A stretch of DNA of 33,000 bases from Mobula hypostoma (Eukaryota), in contig NC_086106.1 in NCBI RefSeq assembly GCF_963921235.1, positions 21,452,001 to 21,485,000 on the forward strand, read 5' to 3'. The translations under genes were made by a program, and so were the position numbers. The notes under the pieces were generated by a model, which saw only the letters and a list, made by a program, of their open reading frames with translations, did no database searches and had not been told where the DNA came from. Shown here piece by piece: positions 1 through 11,899 of this stretch; within the stretch, counting starts at the first letter, position 1; every line of letters starts with the position of its first letter.

Positions 1-1775
1 AACTCTGTCTGGCTTGTTAGACACGACCTGCCCTGCACAAAGTCATGCTGACTGTCCTTGATCAGGCCATGATTCTTCAAATGCCTATAGATCCTATCTC
101 TAATAATCTTTTCCAACAGCCTCCCAACCACAGACGTAAGGCTCACTGGTCTATAATTACCCGGACTATCCCTACTAACTTTTTTGAACAAGGGGACAGC
201 ATTCGTCTCCCTCCAATCCTCCGGTAGCATTCCCTTGGACAACGAGGACATAAACATCCTAGCCAGAGGTTCAGCAATTTCTTCCCTCGCCTCGTGGAGC
301 AGCCTGGAGAATATTCCGTCAGCCACCGGGGACTTATCTGTCCTAATGCATTTTAACAACTACAACAACTTCTCTCCCTTAATATCAGCATGCCCCAGAA
401 CATTAACCTCACTCATATTGTCCTCACCATTATCAAGTTCCCTCTCATTGTTGCAAACCGAGGAGAACTATTCATTGAAGACCTCTCTCACTTCCACATC
501 CTCCAAGCACATTTATTTCTAATCGGTCCTACCTTCACTCCTGACATCCTTTCTTTCTTCACATAATTGAAAAATCCCTTGGGATTTTCCTTTACCCTAC
601 TCACGAAGGCCTTCTCATGCCCCCTTCTTGTTCTTCTCAGCCCCTTCTTAAGCTCCTTTCTTGCTTCCCTATATTCCTCAACAGACCCATCTGATCCTTG
701 CTTCATAGACCTCATGTATGCTGCTGCCTTCTTCCACCTGACTAGATTTTCCACCTCACTTGTTACCCATGGTTCCTTCACCCTGGCATTCTTTATCTTC
801 CTCACCGGGACAAATTTATCCCTAACATCCCGCAAGAGATCTCTAAACATCGACCACATATCCATAGTACATTTCCCTGCAAAAACATCATCCCAATTCA
901 CACCCGCAAGTTCTAGCCTTATAGCCTCATAATTTGCTTTTCCCCAAATAAAAAAACATCCTGTTCTCTCTGATTCTATCGTTTTCCATGATAATGCTAA
1001 AGGCCAGGCAGCGGTGGTCACTGTCCCCCAGATGCATTGAGAGATCTGTGACCTTACCCGGTTCATTACCTCGTAATAGGTCTAGTATGGCATTCCCCCT
1101 GGTCGGACTGTCCACATACTGTGACAGGAATCCGTCCTGGACACACAGTTAACAAACGCTGTCCCATCTATACCCTTGGAACTATTCAGCTGTCAATCAA
1201 TATCCGGGAAGTTAAAATCACCCATGCTAGCAACTCTGTTATTTTTGCACCTTTCCAAAATCTGCCTCCCAATCTGCTCCTCTGTATCTCTGCTGCTACC
1301 AGGGTCCTATAGAATACCCCCAGTAGAGTAACTGCTCCTTCCTGTTCCTGACCTCCACCCATATTGACTCACAAGAGGATCCTGCTACATTACTCACCCA
1401 TTCCTGTAGCGGTAATAGTATCCCTGACCAGTAATGCCACCCCTCCGCCCCCCGCCCCACCCCCCGTTCCGCACTCTCTACCTCTTTTCAAACACTGAAA
1501 TCCAGGAATATTGAGAATCCCTTCCTGCGCAGGTGCCAGCATGTCTCTGTAATGGTCACTACATCATACATCGTATGTATCCAAGCTCTCAGTTCATTAC
1601 CTTTGTTCCTGATGCTTCTTGCATTGAGGTACGCACATTTCAGCCCTTCTACCTTACTTTCTTGACACAGTTTGTACTGCTTCTCTTTCCTCAAAGCCTC
1701 TCTCTATGTTAGATTGGCTTTACTCCATGCAGTTCTTTCACTGCTGTATCGCTCTGGGTCCCATCCCCCCGCAAA

Positions 1776-2453
1776 TTATTTTAAACCCTCCCGAACCACG
1801 CTAGCAAACTTCCCTGCAAGGATATTGCTCCCCCTCGAGTTCAGATGCAACCCATCCAATCTGTACAGGTCCCACCTTCCCCAGATGAGATCCCAATGAT
1901 CTAAAAATCTAAAACCCTGCTTCCTGCAGCAACTCCTCAGCCACCCAGTCAACTGCCATCTCCTCCAATTCTTACCATCACTGTCTCGTAGCACTGACAG
2001 CAATCCTGAGAACGCCACCCTTGAGGTCCTGTTCAACAGCCTTCTGCCTCATTCCCAAAACTCACACTTCAGGACCTCATCCCTCATCCTGCCTATCTCG
2101 TTGGTCCCAACATGTATCACGACTTCTGGTTGCTTTCCCTCTCGTACCAGGATGTCGTGCACTCGGTCAGAGACATCCCGGACACTGGCACCCGGGAGGC
2201 AACAAATCATGCGGGTGTACTTCTTTCGTCCACAAAATCTCCTGCGTGCTCCTCTGACTATAGGGTCTCCAATGAAGACAGCTCTCCTCTTCTCCATCCC
2301 TCCCTTCTGCACCACAGGGTCAGACTCACTGCCGGAGGCCCTGCCACCGTGGCTCACACCTGGTCGGTCGTCCCCGCGAACAGTATCCAGGACGGTAAAC
2401 TTATTATTCAGGGGAATGGCTACAGGGGTGGTCTGTACTCCCTTTCTGCTCAC
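1776..2453 (-). pseudogene. CR1 ORF1 SGNH/GDSL-type esterase domain (split by frameshift)
   Basis: Block I RAVFIGDPIVRG (GDS changed to GDP), block III VIHVGTNEIG, block V YRLDGLHLNSRG. Confidence 0.85.
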
Positions 2454-2545
2454 CTTTGCTTACCATCCCTCCCCCCCCCCCCCCCCCGACTGTCACGCAA
2501 GGAACTGCTTCCGACAGCTTAGGTGTGACTACCTCCCTATAGCTC

Positions 2546-2734
2546 TCATCTAACTACTGCCTCATTCTCCCTTAAGAGTCGAAGGTCATCCATCTGCTGC
2601 TCCAGTTTCCTTGCACGGTCTTCCAGATCGCCCAGCGGTATGCACTTCTGGCAGATGTCACTCTGCGGGAGAGGGGAATTCCCCCAAGACTGCAACATCC
2701 CACATGAGAGGCACATCGCCATCTTAGGAGACAT
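2546..2734 (-). pseudogene. CR1 ORF1 N-terminal zinc finger plus coiled coil
   Basis: MCLSCGM...DICQKCIPLGDLEDRARKLEQQMDDLRLLRENE: a CxxC-x17-CxxC motif followed by a heptad-like segment, as in vertebrate CR1 ORF1. Confidence 0.8.
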
Positions 2735-2832
2735 TGTAAAAACTAATTGCGAGTAGCTTTTCCTCCGCCTCTTCTCGTCGAAGCCTCTCGAGTCAAAGCC
2801 TCAAAATTCCACTCCTTCACTGGCCCACTCAC

Positions 2833-2864
2833 GCACTCTATAAATATGCACTCTATAAATATGC
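2833..2864. repeat. Perfect 15-bp tandem duplication GCACTCTATAAATAT x2 at the 5' end of the CR1
   Basis: Read directly: units at 2833-2847 and 2848-2862, followed by GC. Confidence 0.9.
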
Positions 2865-3419
2865 GGCTCTTAACTGTGCACCCCAAGTCCGTCGGATCCA
2901 AAGAAAACACAGGTCAGTCATGCTTTCATACTCATGGAATAAGCCCTCTTCTGGATTTAATTCCCAAAATGCACCGTCTTCTGGATATATACGGTAGAAA
3001 CGATTATCTTGCCTCGTCCCATCTCCCGAATTGATAATTAGTAGTTTACTGTAACTTCTCAAAGGACCTCCGAACCAAATAATTGCTGAGTGTACAGTAT
3101 GCTTTCGCATAACTAATGAATATTAGAGTACCAAATGACAGACCTGTCGAATTTCCCTCCGGCTGAATGCCGTCTGCATCGAGCTACACCATTAACCACT
3201 GCTTCCTGACACTGAGGCAATTATAGATCCACCTTGCAATCTCCCAAATCCCATGCAACCGGATACCCTATACCTCAATGGCATGCAGAAACTAACCAAG
3301 CAATTTAGTGAGCCCGTTTTGAAAGCACGGGTTCTGCGACTCGACAGAAGTTTATTCTGACCACCCCACCAGATGCATAAAACAATTTTGACTTTTTCAG
3401 ATCACATTTTGACTGTCGA

Positions 3420-5700
3420 AGTTATGGTACATCTTGCCTTTCAGAACTTTCCTTCGTAACGTCACTACCTCGGAAATCAGGCTCAGCCGTCTGAAGTTCA
3501 CTGGGTTGTCCATGCAACCGATCTGGAATATGAGACGAGAGACCATGACAGGGATAGTTTGGACCCAAGTGCTAGAGTACCCTAGACTAGCTTCGAGACA
3601 GGATACGAGACATAAACTTTATCGGAGTGCAAAACAAGACGCTCGACGATTGAAGTATTAAATTCTGGCGCCAAGACACGTCTGCCAGTTAGCTGGATAT
3701 TCATCTGTCCATGTTCCGGAGAGTTAGAGCGTCGAAACCCGGGAAGCTGCCGCGGTCGGGTGCGTGGCATAACAAAATACCCTCCCCTTTGGCCAGGTCC
3801 TCACTGCCCTGGCTGCTGAATTGGACGATAGTGATCGTCATGGAAGCGAGCCGAATCTAAGATGGCCCATTGAGGAACCCAGTAGCGTTTCTTGGTCCGA
3901 ATCTTCCCGAACCCACCGAACAGTTAGTGAATCTGAAATTCTTCCCACGGTGAAGTCCTGCTCTCCATCGATAAACCTAGATGGCGGTGTGACTATTGGT
4001 GGTCTGGCTGAAGTGCTGGTTTTCTCAGATTTTAGTTTGGAAATGTGAAAAGTGTGATTTTATTTGAGGGCCTTTGGAGATACAGTGTGCAAACCACCGG
4101 TTTTACATTCTGAAGAACTTCAAAGGTTCCAATGAAGTTGGACGCCAATTTCTTTGTTTCCACTTGGAGAGGCAAATCCTACGTCGATAGCCAGACCTGT
4201 TGCCCAGGCTGCCAATCTGCCCCCTGTCTTTACTTGCTGCTGGCGTTTAATCTAGCTTTCAGTGTAGATGCAAAAAAAAATATATATATATATATCTTGC
4301 CGTAGTCCATCGCTAGTATTCTTGTTGGACTGAATATTCGTCTAAAGGAATTTCAAGCTTGGTCTCCTGCTCAGGGAAGACAGGAGGAGAATATCCAAAT
4401 TAGCATTCGAAATTGGGCATCCACTGAGCCGAATATCCAACAATTGATGCAAACATTTGATGAGAGCAATTGTATGAGGGCATCTGATCCCATTAAGTCG
4501 TCACATCACTCGCCCGTTTTTTTTTCCAGAGACCATACATTTCTTCGTTCTAAATCTTGGTTCATCCTATCTGTCTGGCAGTTTAAATTCTGAGGCCAGA
4601 AGTCTGAATGTCAGAGGAAATTCTGGATTTTGCGGCAGTCATCTTACATCACGTCCCATGAAAACGTGACGGGTATGACATACCACTAACCGTCAAAATA
4701 TCTTCCTAAACAATGGATTGTGAACATCTTGTGAAGCGTAGTTTCGCTTGTCTACACGGCATATGGTAATCTGTCGAAGGTATGAATTTTCAGGTTTTCA
4801 GGAAAACGATCTGCAATTACCATGATAGTGATATTCCACTTGTAAGAAGTTAGAACCGTGATCATCCCCAAAGCCATAGGCGTCCATGGTCTGCCTGGAA
4901 TAGGCAGGCCGTGCAGAAGCCCTTGAAGTTGGGTGCGGGTCTCCATTTTCCGGGCGCGCAGCTCGGAGGCCAGTACGTATTGCTGCACCTCTCACGCCGT
5001 TTCAGTCCAACGATAACTCCTCGTAATGAACTCGATTTTCCTTTCAATCTCTGCCTAAGCGGGCATTCTTTTTGCGGTCATCATCGTTGTAGTTTCAGAC
5101 AGCGGACGGAACTAGGGACATATAGCCAACCAAGAGGACCGTCCTTAGAGATCTCCTCTTGAACCTGGGCTTTGCGAAAGGATGTGTCTATTCCCAACTG
5201 GATAGGCTCGATCATCTTCGCTTAGAACAAAATGGTGGGCGGCTGCTCCTCTAGTTCGTGTTTGGTGGTTCATAGCTCAGAATTAAATTTAAGTGGCAGG
5301 TCCCCTGGCCGCCAGGAATTCAGTCGCTTGAGCTCCTGAGTATAAGGTAGGTCCCTGATGTCTGCTTCGAGATAGTGACGATATTCCTCCAGAATCAACT
5401 TCACCATGAACAGCTCTCTATTTCCAATATTTTAATTCACCTCTGCGAGGATACTCACCAGGAAAATAACCCACACTAATTTGGTTTATTCTATGGGGAT
5501 GTCCGTTGAAACTACATCGTACGCACTCCGACGTACCGAGCCGTCCGCCGACAGTTGATTTTTAATCACATAATCTAAAGGAAATAAACTGTTCTTAACC
5601 ACCCTTGATATCTTTGTAAATCGCGTTATTGGGAGGGAGTGGTGACCCAAGACCATAACAGTGGTAAATGGTAGGTAAACCTCCCGTACACACTCAAAAG
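3420..5700 (-). mobile_element. Degenerate Ty3/Gypsy chromovirus (sushi-like): RT remnant, RNase H, integrase, chromodomain, PPT, probable 3' LTR
   Basis: RT start remnant VVKNSLFPL...NQLS...RSAY (~5510-5620). RNase H CGLFSW*VSSAEVN*NIGNRELFMVKLILEEYRHYLE (~5360-5475). IN GLLHGLPIPGRPW...TIMVIADRF (4752-4988), PQNLNCQTDRMNQDLE (~4540-4600), VWLST*DLPLQVETKKLASNFIGTFEV (~4110-4200). Polypurine AAAGGGGAGGG at 3780-3790 followed by TGTTATG. The left boundary is a guess. Confidence 0.85.
3825..3990 (-). pseudogene. Integrase C-terminal chromodomain remnant
   Basis: PPSRFIDGEQDFTVGRISD...FGP/(fs)KRYWVPQWAILDSARFHDDHY matches the chromovirus pattern IIDG.PAYTVRRLLD...YGPEERSWVP..ILDP.LI.DF. Confidence 0.7.
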
Positions 5701-6048
5701 GGACGTAAGCTATATGAAGAGAAATTTATTGCAGTATAACCCCGGGATAGTGTGGGTACACATAGATACTAATAAGGTATAAGTATTACAAATTACTTTA
5801 ATGTTTATAGATATACAGACAGTGAAATCAATGCCATCACTTGCGATGAGACAGAAACCCGGATTTAGCGCTGTAGCTCACCTAATGAAGGCAAATAAGC
5901 AATGCTGCTTTATACCACTTTTCAACTACTTTCCAGATATTTCGAAGACATATTTTAACTGAGACGTCACCATGACGTGTTCATCCAACAACGACTGCTC
6001 CTAGACCGCCTGACCTGTCAGACCAGAGTTGGAGCTGCAGAATAGTTC

Positions 6049-6798
6049 CAAGGTAGAACATACAGGGTTAATGGTAAGGCACTGAGGAGTGAAGTGGAAC
6101 AGAGGGATCTGGGAATACAAATACAAAATTCCCTAAAAGTGGCGTCACAGGTAGATAGGGTCGTAAAGACAGCTTTTGGTACATTGGCCTGTATTAATCG
6201 AGGTATTGAGTATAACAGCTGGAATGTTATGATGAGGTTGTATAAGGCATTGGTGAGGCCGAATCTGGAGTATTGTGTTCAGTTTTAGTCACCAAATTAC
6301 AGGAAGAATATAAATAAGGTTGAAAGGGTACAGAGAAGGTTTACAAGGTTGTTGCCGGGACTTGAAAAACTCAGTTACAGAGAAAGGTTGAATAGGTTAG
6401 GACTTTATTCCCTGGACTGTAGAAGAATTAGGGGAGATTTGATAGAGGTATATAAAATTATGATGGGTATAGATAGAGTGAATGCAAGCAGGCTTTTTCC
6501 ACTGAGGCAAGGGGAGAAAAAAAAAAACAGAGGACATGGGTTAAGGGTGAGGGTGGAAAAGTTTAAAGGAAACATTAGAGGGGGCTCCTTCACACAGAGA
6601 GTGCTGGGGGTCTGGAATGAGCTGCCAGATGAGGTGGTAAATGCAGGTTCTTTTTTGACATTTAAGAATAAATTGGACATATACAGGGATGGGAGGTGTA
6701 TGAAGTGATATGGTCCGTGGTAAGCTCAGTGGGACTAGGCAGAAAATGGTTCGGCACAGCCAAGAAAGGCCAGAAGGCCTGTAGTTTCTATGGTTCTA
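6049..6798 (+). mobile_element. 5'-truncated CR1 LINE 3' fragment (fairly young subfamily)
   Basis: EQRDLGIQIQNSLKVASQVDRVVK...LYKALVRPNLEYCVQF; GLYSLDCRRIRGDLIEVYKIM...FTQRVLGVWNELP; 3' UTR ending GTAGTTTCTATGGTTCTA. Confidence 0.95.
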
Positions 6799-7379
6799 AT
6801 GGATAAAGAATAGAATTGTCGATCCTTGAATCATTAGTCATAGTTTATTCATCACTATTTATTCCTTCTGTTCTTCCTCCCGTCGTCAGAAAATATTCTT
6901 ACAGTTAGCTATTCAAAAATCAGCTGAAATTTGGAAACAATAAGGAATTTTTTGTCAGATTGGTTAGTTCAAAAGAATATTACAGAAAATGCGCTCCAAT
7001 TAACATCACAGAAGGGCTAAACCCACTAAAAGATGCGACTTCAGTAGCCCGCCCGCCGTCTGCAGCGGAAAACCAAACGGCCACATAAATGTGAAGTCCT
7101 CAGCACTTCTTCAAAGAAAGAACTAATCTCCACTCCAATTCTCAATGTTAACGTTGCAACCCTAAAACGCTCTGCACTTCCGTTCACTTCAACATATCTC
7201 CATGAACGGAACTTACATGATGAGTTAGTATTCGAAAAATTTCCTCTCTCTGTGTCGTGGTTCCAGATTTTGGTTAAAAAAAAAATCGTTTATCTTTCTC
7301 CCTGCTTTGAACATATCTCAGTATGTTGCATGCCCAACGAAGAAAATCTGGCTTTTATTATCTAAAGAAAAAAATGGTT

Positions 7380-8350
7380 ACCATAATAAGATACGACATT
7401 AGAACAAAATTGGAAATTTCTGCCTATTGAGTCAGCTCGGTTATTCGATCATGGCTCATTCATTATTCCTCTGAATCCAATTTCCCTGCCTTCTTCCTGT
7501 AATTTTGACGGCCTTACTAATCGTAAACGTATCATTCTCCTTATAGAATATACCCAGTGACTTGATTTTCACAGACATCTGTGGCAAAGAATTCCAGATA
7601 TTCACCACCATCCAGCTGAAGCTATTCTTCCTCATCTTTCTTCTTAAGCATGTTCTTCTATTCTCAGGCTATGTCCTCTGGATATACGCTTTCAGTACTG
7701 GAAATATGCTCTCACCGTCCACTCCATCCGGTTCAACAGCCGATTAGGTTTTCATGAAATTCACCATCCTCATGTTTCTGAGGTACTGTCCAGAGCACTG
7801 AAACTCCCCACATAACTAAAGCCTTTCATTGCCGACACAGTGCTAGTGAATGCAATGCTAGTCCATCATGTGTTCAAGATAGATTCCCAAACTGCTGGCA
7901 ATTCTCCAAATATGGTCTCAACAATGACTTAAAATGCTCAACATTTCTTCCTTTCTTTTATATTACTTTCCTGTTCAAATGAATGCTACATTTGATTTGT
8001 TTCGTTCTAACCGACAGCACCGTCAAGTTTACTTTTATGTAATCCCACACGAGGTCACCCAAACCTGCTTGTACCTTTAATTTCTGAATTTGCTTCCAGT
8101 TTGAATATAATATACACAGGTTTTACTCATATCAATACCATAATTATACAATTCCCCATATCCTATTCCAGACAAATCTTCAGCTATTTGCTCAATTAAT
8201 ATGATAATTAGGAAATAATAATTCCTTGCATAAGGAAATTTTATCCATCTATTTGCTATCTAAAATATTGTTAGGGATGGGTTGCTTTGTCTGCTCCGCG
8301 TTCTCTGTGGATTGACTAAAGCTGACGCCCTTGTAACCATTGTCGACCCA
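7380..8350 (-). mobile_element. Old CR1 LINE 3' fragment
   Basis: Reverse-oriented CR1/HE1-type 3' UTR (CCATAATAAGATAC...TCGATCATGGCTCATT) followed by the reverse complement of the FSQRVV..WN.L region (GAATTCCAGATATTCACCACC). The right boundary is approximate. Confidence 0.7.
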
Positions 8351-8699
8351 CCACAAAGAAATCGTTGCCTCACCTCGTCGATCCAGCAATGAAACTATAG
8401 GGAATGTGTACGATAGCGTAAATATGATCTTGTTTATAAACATTTAATTGTCGTCGACGTTGAAGTAACGATACATTTTTTTTCTGAAAGGTTTCAGGTT
8501 GTCTGCTGTGCATGAAATTCCGTCCTACAGATTTCTACCGCTTCTGCACTATTTATCTGCACAAAGAGATCCTGGGCGATCATTGCTTTGCACATTATTG
8601 TGCATAGGTTATTTTAATATAATTTGCTGAACATTTTCATAAAAATTTAATGTTGGTACCCAATTCCATTCTGTTATAACTATTAAGCTCATTACTTCG

Positions 8700-9300
8700 C
8701 ACTGCAGGCGGCTATTATAATGCTAGACCTAGCCCAGAATCTCGGGCGGTACATGCCCATATAGCTATAGAGAAAAATATCGGGCAGCATCTTTGGGTTT
8801 CTGACATTTCAGCTTGTAATAATCTATATCGCACCTTGTGTAACAAAACGAAAATACGTTGCAGAGCGAACAGTTAGTCAAGAAATTAAAAGACACGTCC
8901 GTGACTTAGCAGATATCGTATGTCCAGTTTAATACTCTCCGATGTCCAATAGCAACGAATTGATACAGTACATACCACCTCTCCGACGAGCAATCCTGGA
9001 ATTTGCCTGCCGTTCATTTCAATCTGGACGGATCATTCTGCTCCAATACGCTCACATGCGCCCGCTCGCACACTTCGATCTCAACAGACTACTGAATCCC
9101 GTCACCTTAAACCGTGATATCGACTGAAATGCTCAACACTTAGATCCGCGCAGGTCTCGAAATTGAGAAGCTCCTTTGAGCATAGATATAACGTGGAAAA
9201 TCAGCCTAGCACAACCCTTTCGATCTACGACATTGTGCCGACCTTATAATATATTCTGCGATCAATCGCATCATTCTCCGGAGCAGGCATCTCATTATTT
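8700..9300 (-). mobile_element. Very old CR1 3' remnant
   Basis: Patchy nucleotide similarity in the expected order to the CR1 ORF2 C-terminus (AGAATGATGCG...ATATTATAAGG...AGGCTGATTTTCC; GGATCTAAGTGTTGAG; GCAAATTCCAGG...ATCAATT). No intact ORF. Confidence 0.4.
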
Positions 9301-9369
9301 TTCTTTCGACCGCGTGCTTAAACATTTTTTATCTTCCTTCTAAATGTCTAGTCGTCACGACATTTGTTT

Positions 9370-10160
9370 TCGTCAAAGGCGGCTTCGGTGGCAAAGCATA
9401 AAATGAATTGCAGTTATACATAGTCAAAAATCAGAGATCTGAATTCAGTTAATGGGGGGCTAACCACACAGACTTCTGGAGTCTCAGTGCTATTACTGAA
9501 TATGGAGGAGATGTTCCTGTTATTCTGCACCGAATGTCTGCAGAGAGGAAATCGAGGATTATGCTGCACAATCATTTCCCGACATCCAGACTTGGAGCTC
9601 AGTCATGAGTTTTGTGAGGATTATGTTGTTAAATACTGAGCAGCAGCCATTGAACAGCATCCTTTCGTTTACATTGTCATGCAAGTCTTTCAAAGATGAC
9701 TGTAATCCAGATATCATTTCAGCTGTTGTTGACCTGTTGTGGCAGTAGGGAAACACCTGCATACATGATTTCAGGTGCCTCCTTAAGCAGGATTGATCTG
9801 CTTTATGATTAACCTCTGGAAGAAGTTCTTCACAGGTCTGAGGGAAAACGTTTTTGAGCAGACGGGGCTTCTATAGACCGCCAGGTACGCCGAATGGACC
9901 AGATGCTCTCGGTGAATTTATACTCTTGAACGGTGCTGTCACATCAGTCCAGATTACTGCTTGTTTACCATGATATTCAATCGCATGCAGATAGTAGTAT
10001 GCAAATGCAGAAGTCGCGGTACCACTTTGGAATGAGTACCATCGAAAACAAACAGGAAACCGGATTGTTGTGAATACATCGTTCCCGGCAGGAAGAACGG
10101 CTGTCAATTTATCCTCATATCTTGCAGATGCGTTCCAGCATCTCAACGAGTTTATCATGA
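9370..10160 (-). mobile_element. Rex1/Babar-clade LINE RT fragment
   Basis: DVTAPFKSINSPRASGPFGVPG (cf. DVRASFRRVNPRKASGPDGVPG); VKNFFQRLIIKQIN; FPYCHNRSTTAEMIS...RMLFNGCCSVFNNIILTKL (cf. FAYRHNRSTADAIS...RMLFIDYSSAFNTIIPSKL); NISSIFSNSTETPEVCVVSP (cf. NTGAPQGCVLSP). Confidence 0.85.
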
Positions 10161-10330
10161 AGCAGACATCTTCGACTTCTCTCTTACGATGCTGCCTGTG
10201 GTTGGAGAGTTACGCGGGCTCGAGCGTCCGGTCTGGTGTGTGCGGTTGAAAGATGCGATGGGGATTTTATTTTTCTAAACCGTGGTCCCAATTCATTCTT
10301 TTTTATTTGCAATTAAACACACCACCTCTC

Positions 10331-11150
10331 CCATATGACGATCAGACAAAGGAGCAGAACTAGCCCAATGCGCCAAACAAATTTAACCGCCATTGATTAT
10401 TCCTCCCAACAGGATTCTACTGGCTTGTCGCGTAACCTTGGACTCCCTTGCTCATGATGAAATTGTTAAGCTCTTCTTTAAATATACACTAATTACGAGG
10501 TCTCAATCCGTCTATGGTAATGAATTCCACAGACTCCCGACTTTATGGCTAATTAAATTCCTCCGTAGCTCTATTGTGATGTGAGGCGTTCTATCCTGAG
10601 ATTGTTCGCTCTGTTCCATGACTGTCCCACTGTTGGAAGCATCCTTTCAATGTCCACTTTATCTAGCCCTGTCAATGCTTAGTAGATCTCAACTGGAACC
10701 TATTCTTTCTTTCAAACTCCAGCAAGAATACACCCACGTCGAGCAAACGTTAACAGTTTTATTAATAGATTATTCTCGTGAAATTCCCCGAATCCTCTCC
10801 AATGTTAGCACTTCCTTTCTTAAATAAAGGGTCCTAAGCTGATTACAACACTCACGGTGAGACCTTACCAATGCCGTATGAAAGCTCAGCATTACACACT
10901 TGCTTTTATATTCTCGTCCTTTTGAAGTAAATACTAACATTGCATTTCCCTCCTGACTCTCGACACAACTTGCACGTTACCCTTTACGGTTACCTGCAGA
11001 ATGACTAAGAAATCGCTTTTGCAATTCTAATTTATGATTTTTTTCCACGGTTAGAACGTAGTCTATGGCTTTGCCCTTTCTTCCAATGTGCCTGATCACA
11101 CACATTATATTTCATCTGCCACTTCATTGTCAATACACTACCTACACCGC
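10331..11150 (-). mobile_element. Old CR1 LINE 3' fragment
   Basis: Reverse tail CCATATGACGATCAGACAAAGGAGCAGAACTAG, GAATTCCACAGACTCCCGACT and further ORF2 C-terminal similarity. Confidence 0.75.
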
Positions 11151-11224
11151 CACCTAACGTTGCATCATGAGAAAACCTTGCCGAAAATCCATGAATTCAG
11201 TCATGGAAAATAGAGCATTGACCA

Positions 11225-11760
11225 AAAAACAGCACAGCACAGCAGCAGATCATTCTGATCACAATGTTATGATGAAACTTTTAACTTAGTTATTAAATGA
11301 CTCTCTAAATAAATCTTCCACGTACAAATAGTCTATATCGTTATCTTTCCCTCGCATTCCGGTACTTATCTAAGTATTTCTTATAGGTTCCGAATATATC
11401 TACTTCTGCATTGACCCCAGGTAGCACATTCTGGGCACCTAGCATCCCCGGTAAAAAACAACAACAACAAATTGTCCCTCACATTGCCTTAGCTATAAAC
11501 CTCTGTCTCCTTAAAGCCATGCCCTTGGGTAACAGATTTTTCAAGCTGCAGAGAATGCCTCCCATAATCTATAAACGTCCATCTGAACTCCTTTTAGGCT
11601 CTGCTGCACCACAGAAAAGAACACAAAGTCTAGTTATAGTGCATGCATTCTAATCCAGGCAACATCGCCTCCAATCTCTTCCTCACCACCTCCAAATCAT
11701 CGATATACTTTATGAACTGCAGCGATCAAAACTGTATGAAGTATCCCGGATACGGTTTAA
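11225..11760 (-). mobile_element. Old CR1 LINE 3' fragment (different subfamily)
   Basis: Reverse tail ACAGCACAGCACAGCAGCAG...CACAATGTT, GGTAGCACATTCTGGGCACCTAGC, AACTGTATGAAGTATCC. Confidence 0.65.
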
Positions 11761-11899
11761 CAAGAATCAAAGGATGCATTCGATAAATAGAGAGGTTTAA
11801 AATGGTTTGCAAGTGAGGTTTGTATAGACATTCTGAACTTTTGAGAGCAGCTGATGTTTGAATATAGCACTTATTTGTGTTGAGTTCAATTGCTTCGAC

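Larger units (their letters stand above)
1..2865 (-). mobile_element. Near-full-length CR1-clade LINE (5' UTR, ORF1, ORF2 endonuclease and start of RT); continues off the left edge; frameshifted
   Basis: In order on the minus strand: 5' UTR (GAGGCTTTGACTCGAGAGGCTTCG at ~2775-2800), ORF1 pieces, APE start GLKCAYLNARSIRNK...VTITETCW (1488-1694), PTRGNAILDLL...DSDH (927-1115), tether (488-1066), and RT-proximal GLIKDSQHDFVQGRSCLT at 1-68. Confidence 0.93.

Noticed and set aside
567-2553. Long plus-strand ORFs (567-932, 2101-2553, 2112-2522)
   Set aside because: They are antisense shadows of CR1 ORF1/ORF2.
9871-10158. 95-aa minus ORF as a possible host exon
   Set aside because: It contains the Rex1 RT-proximal motif (DV.A.FK.+N.R+ASGP.GVPG) and is collinear with the Rex1 RT pieces.
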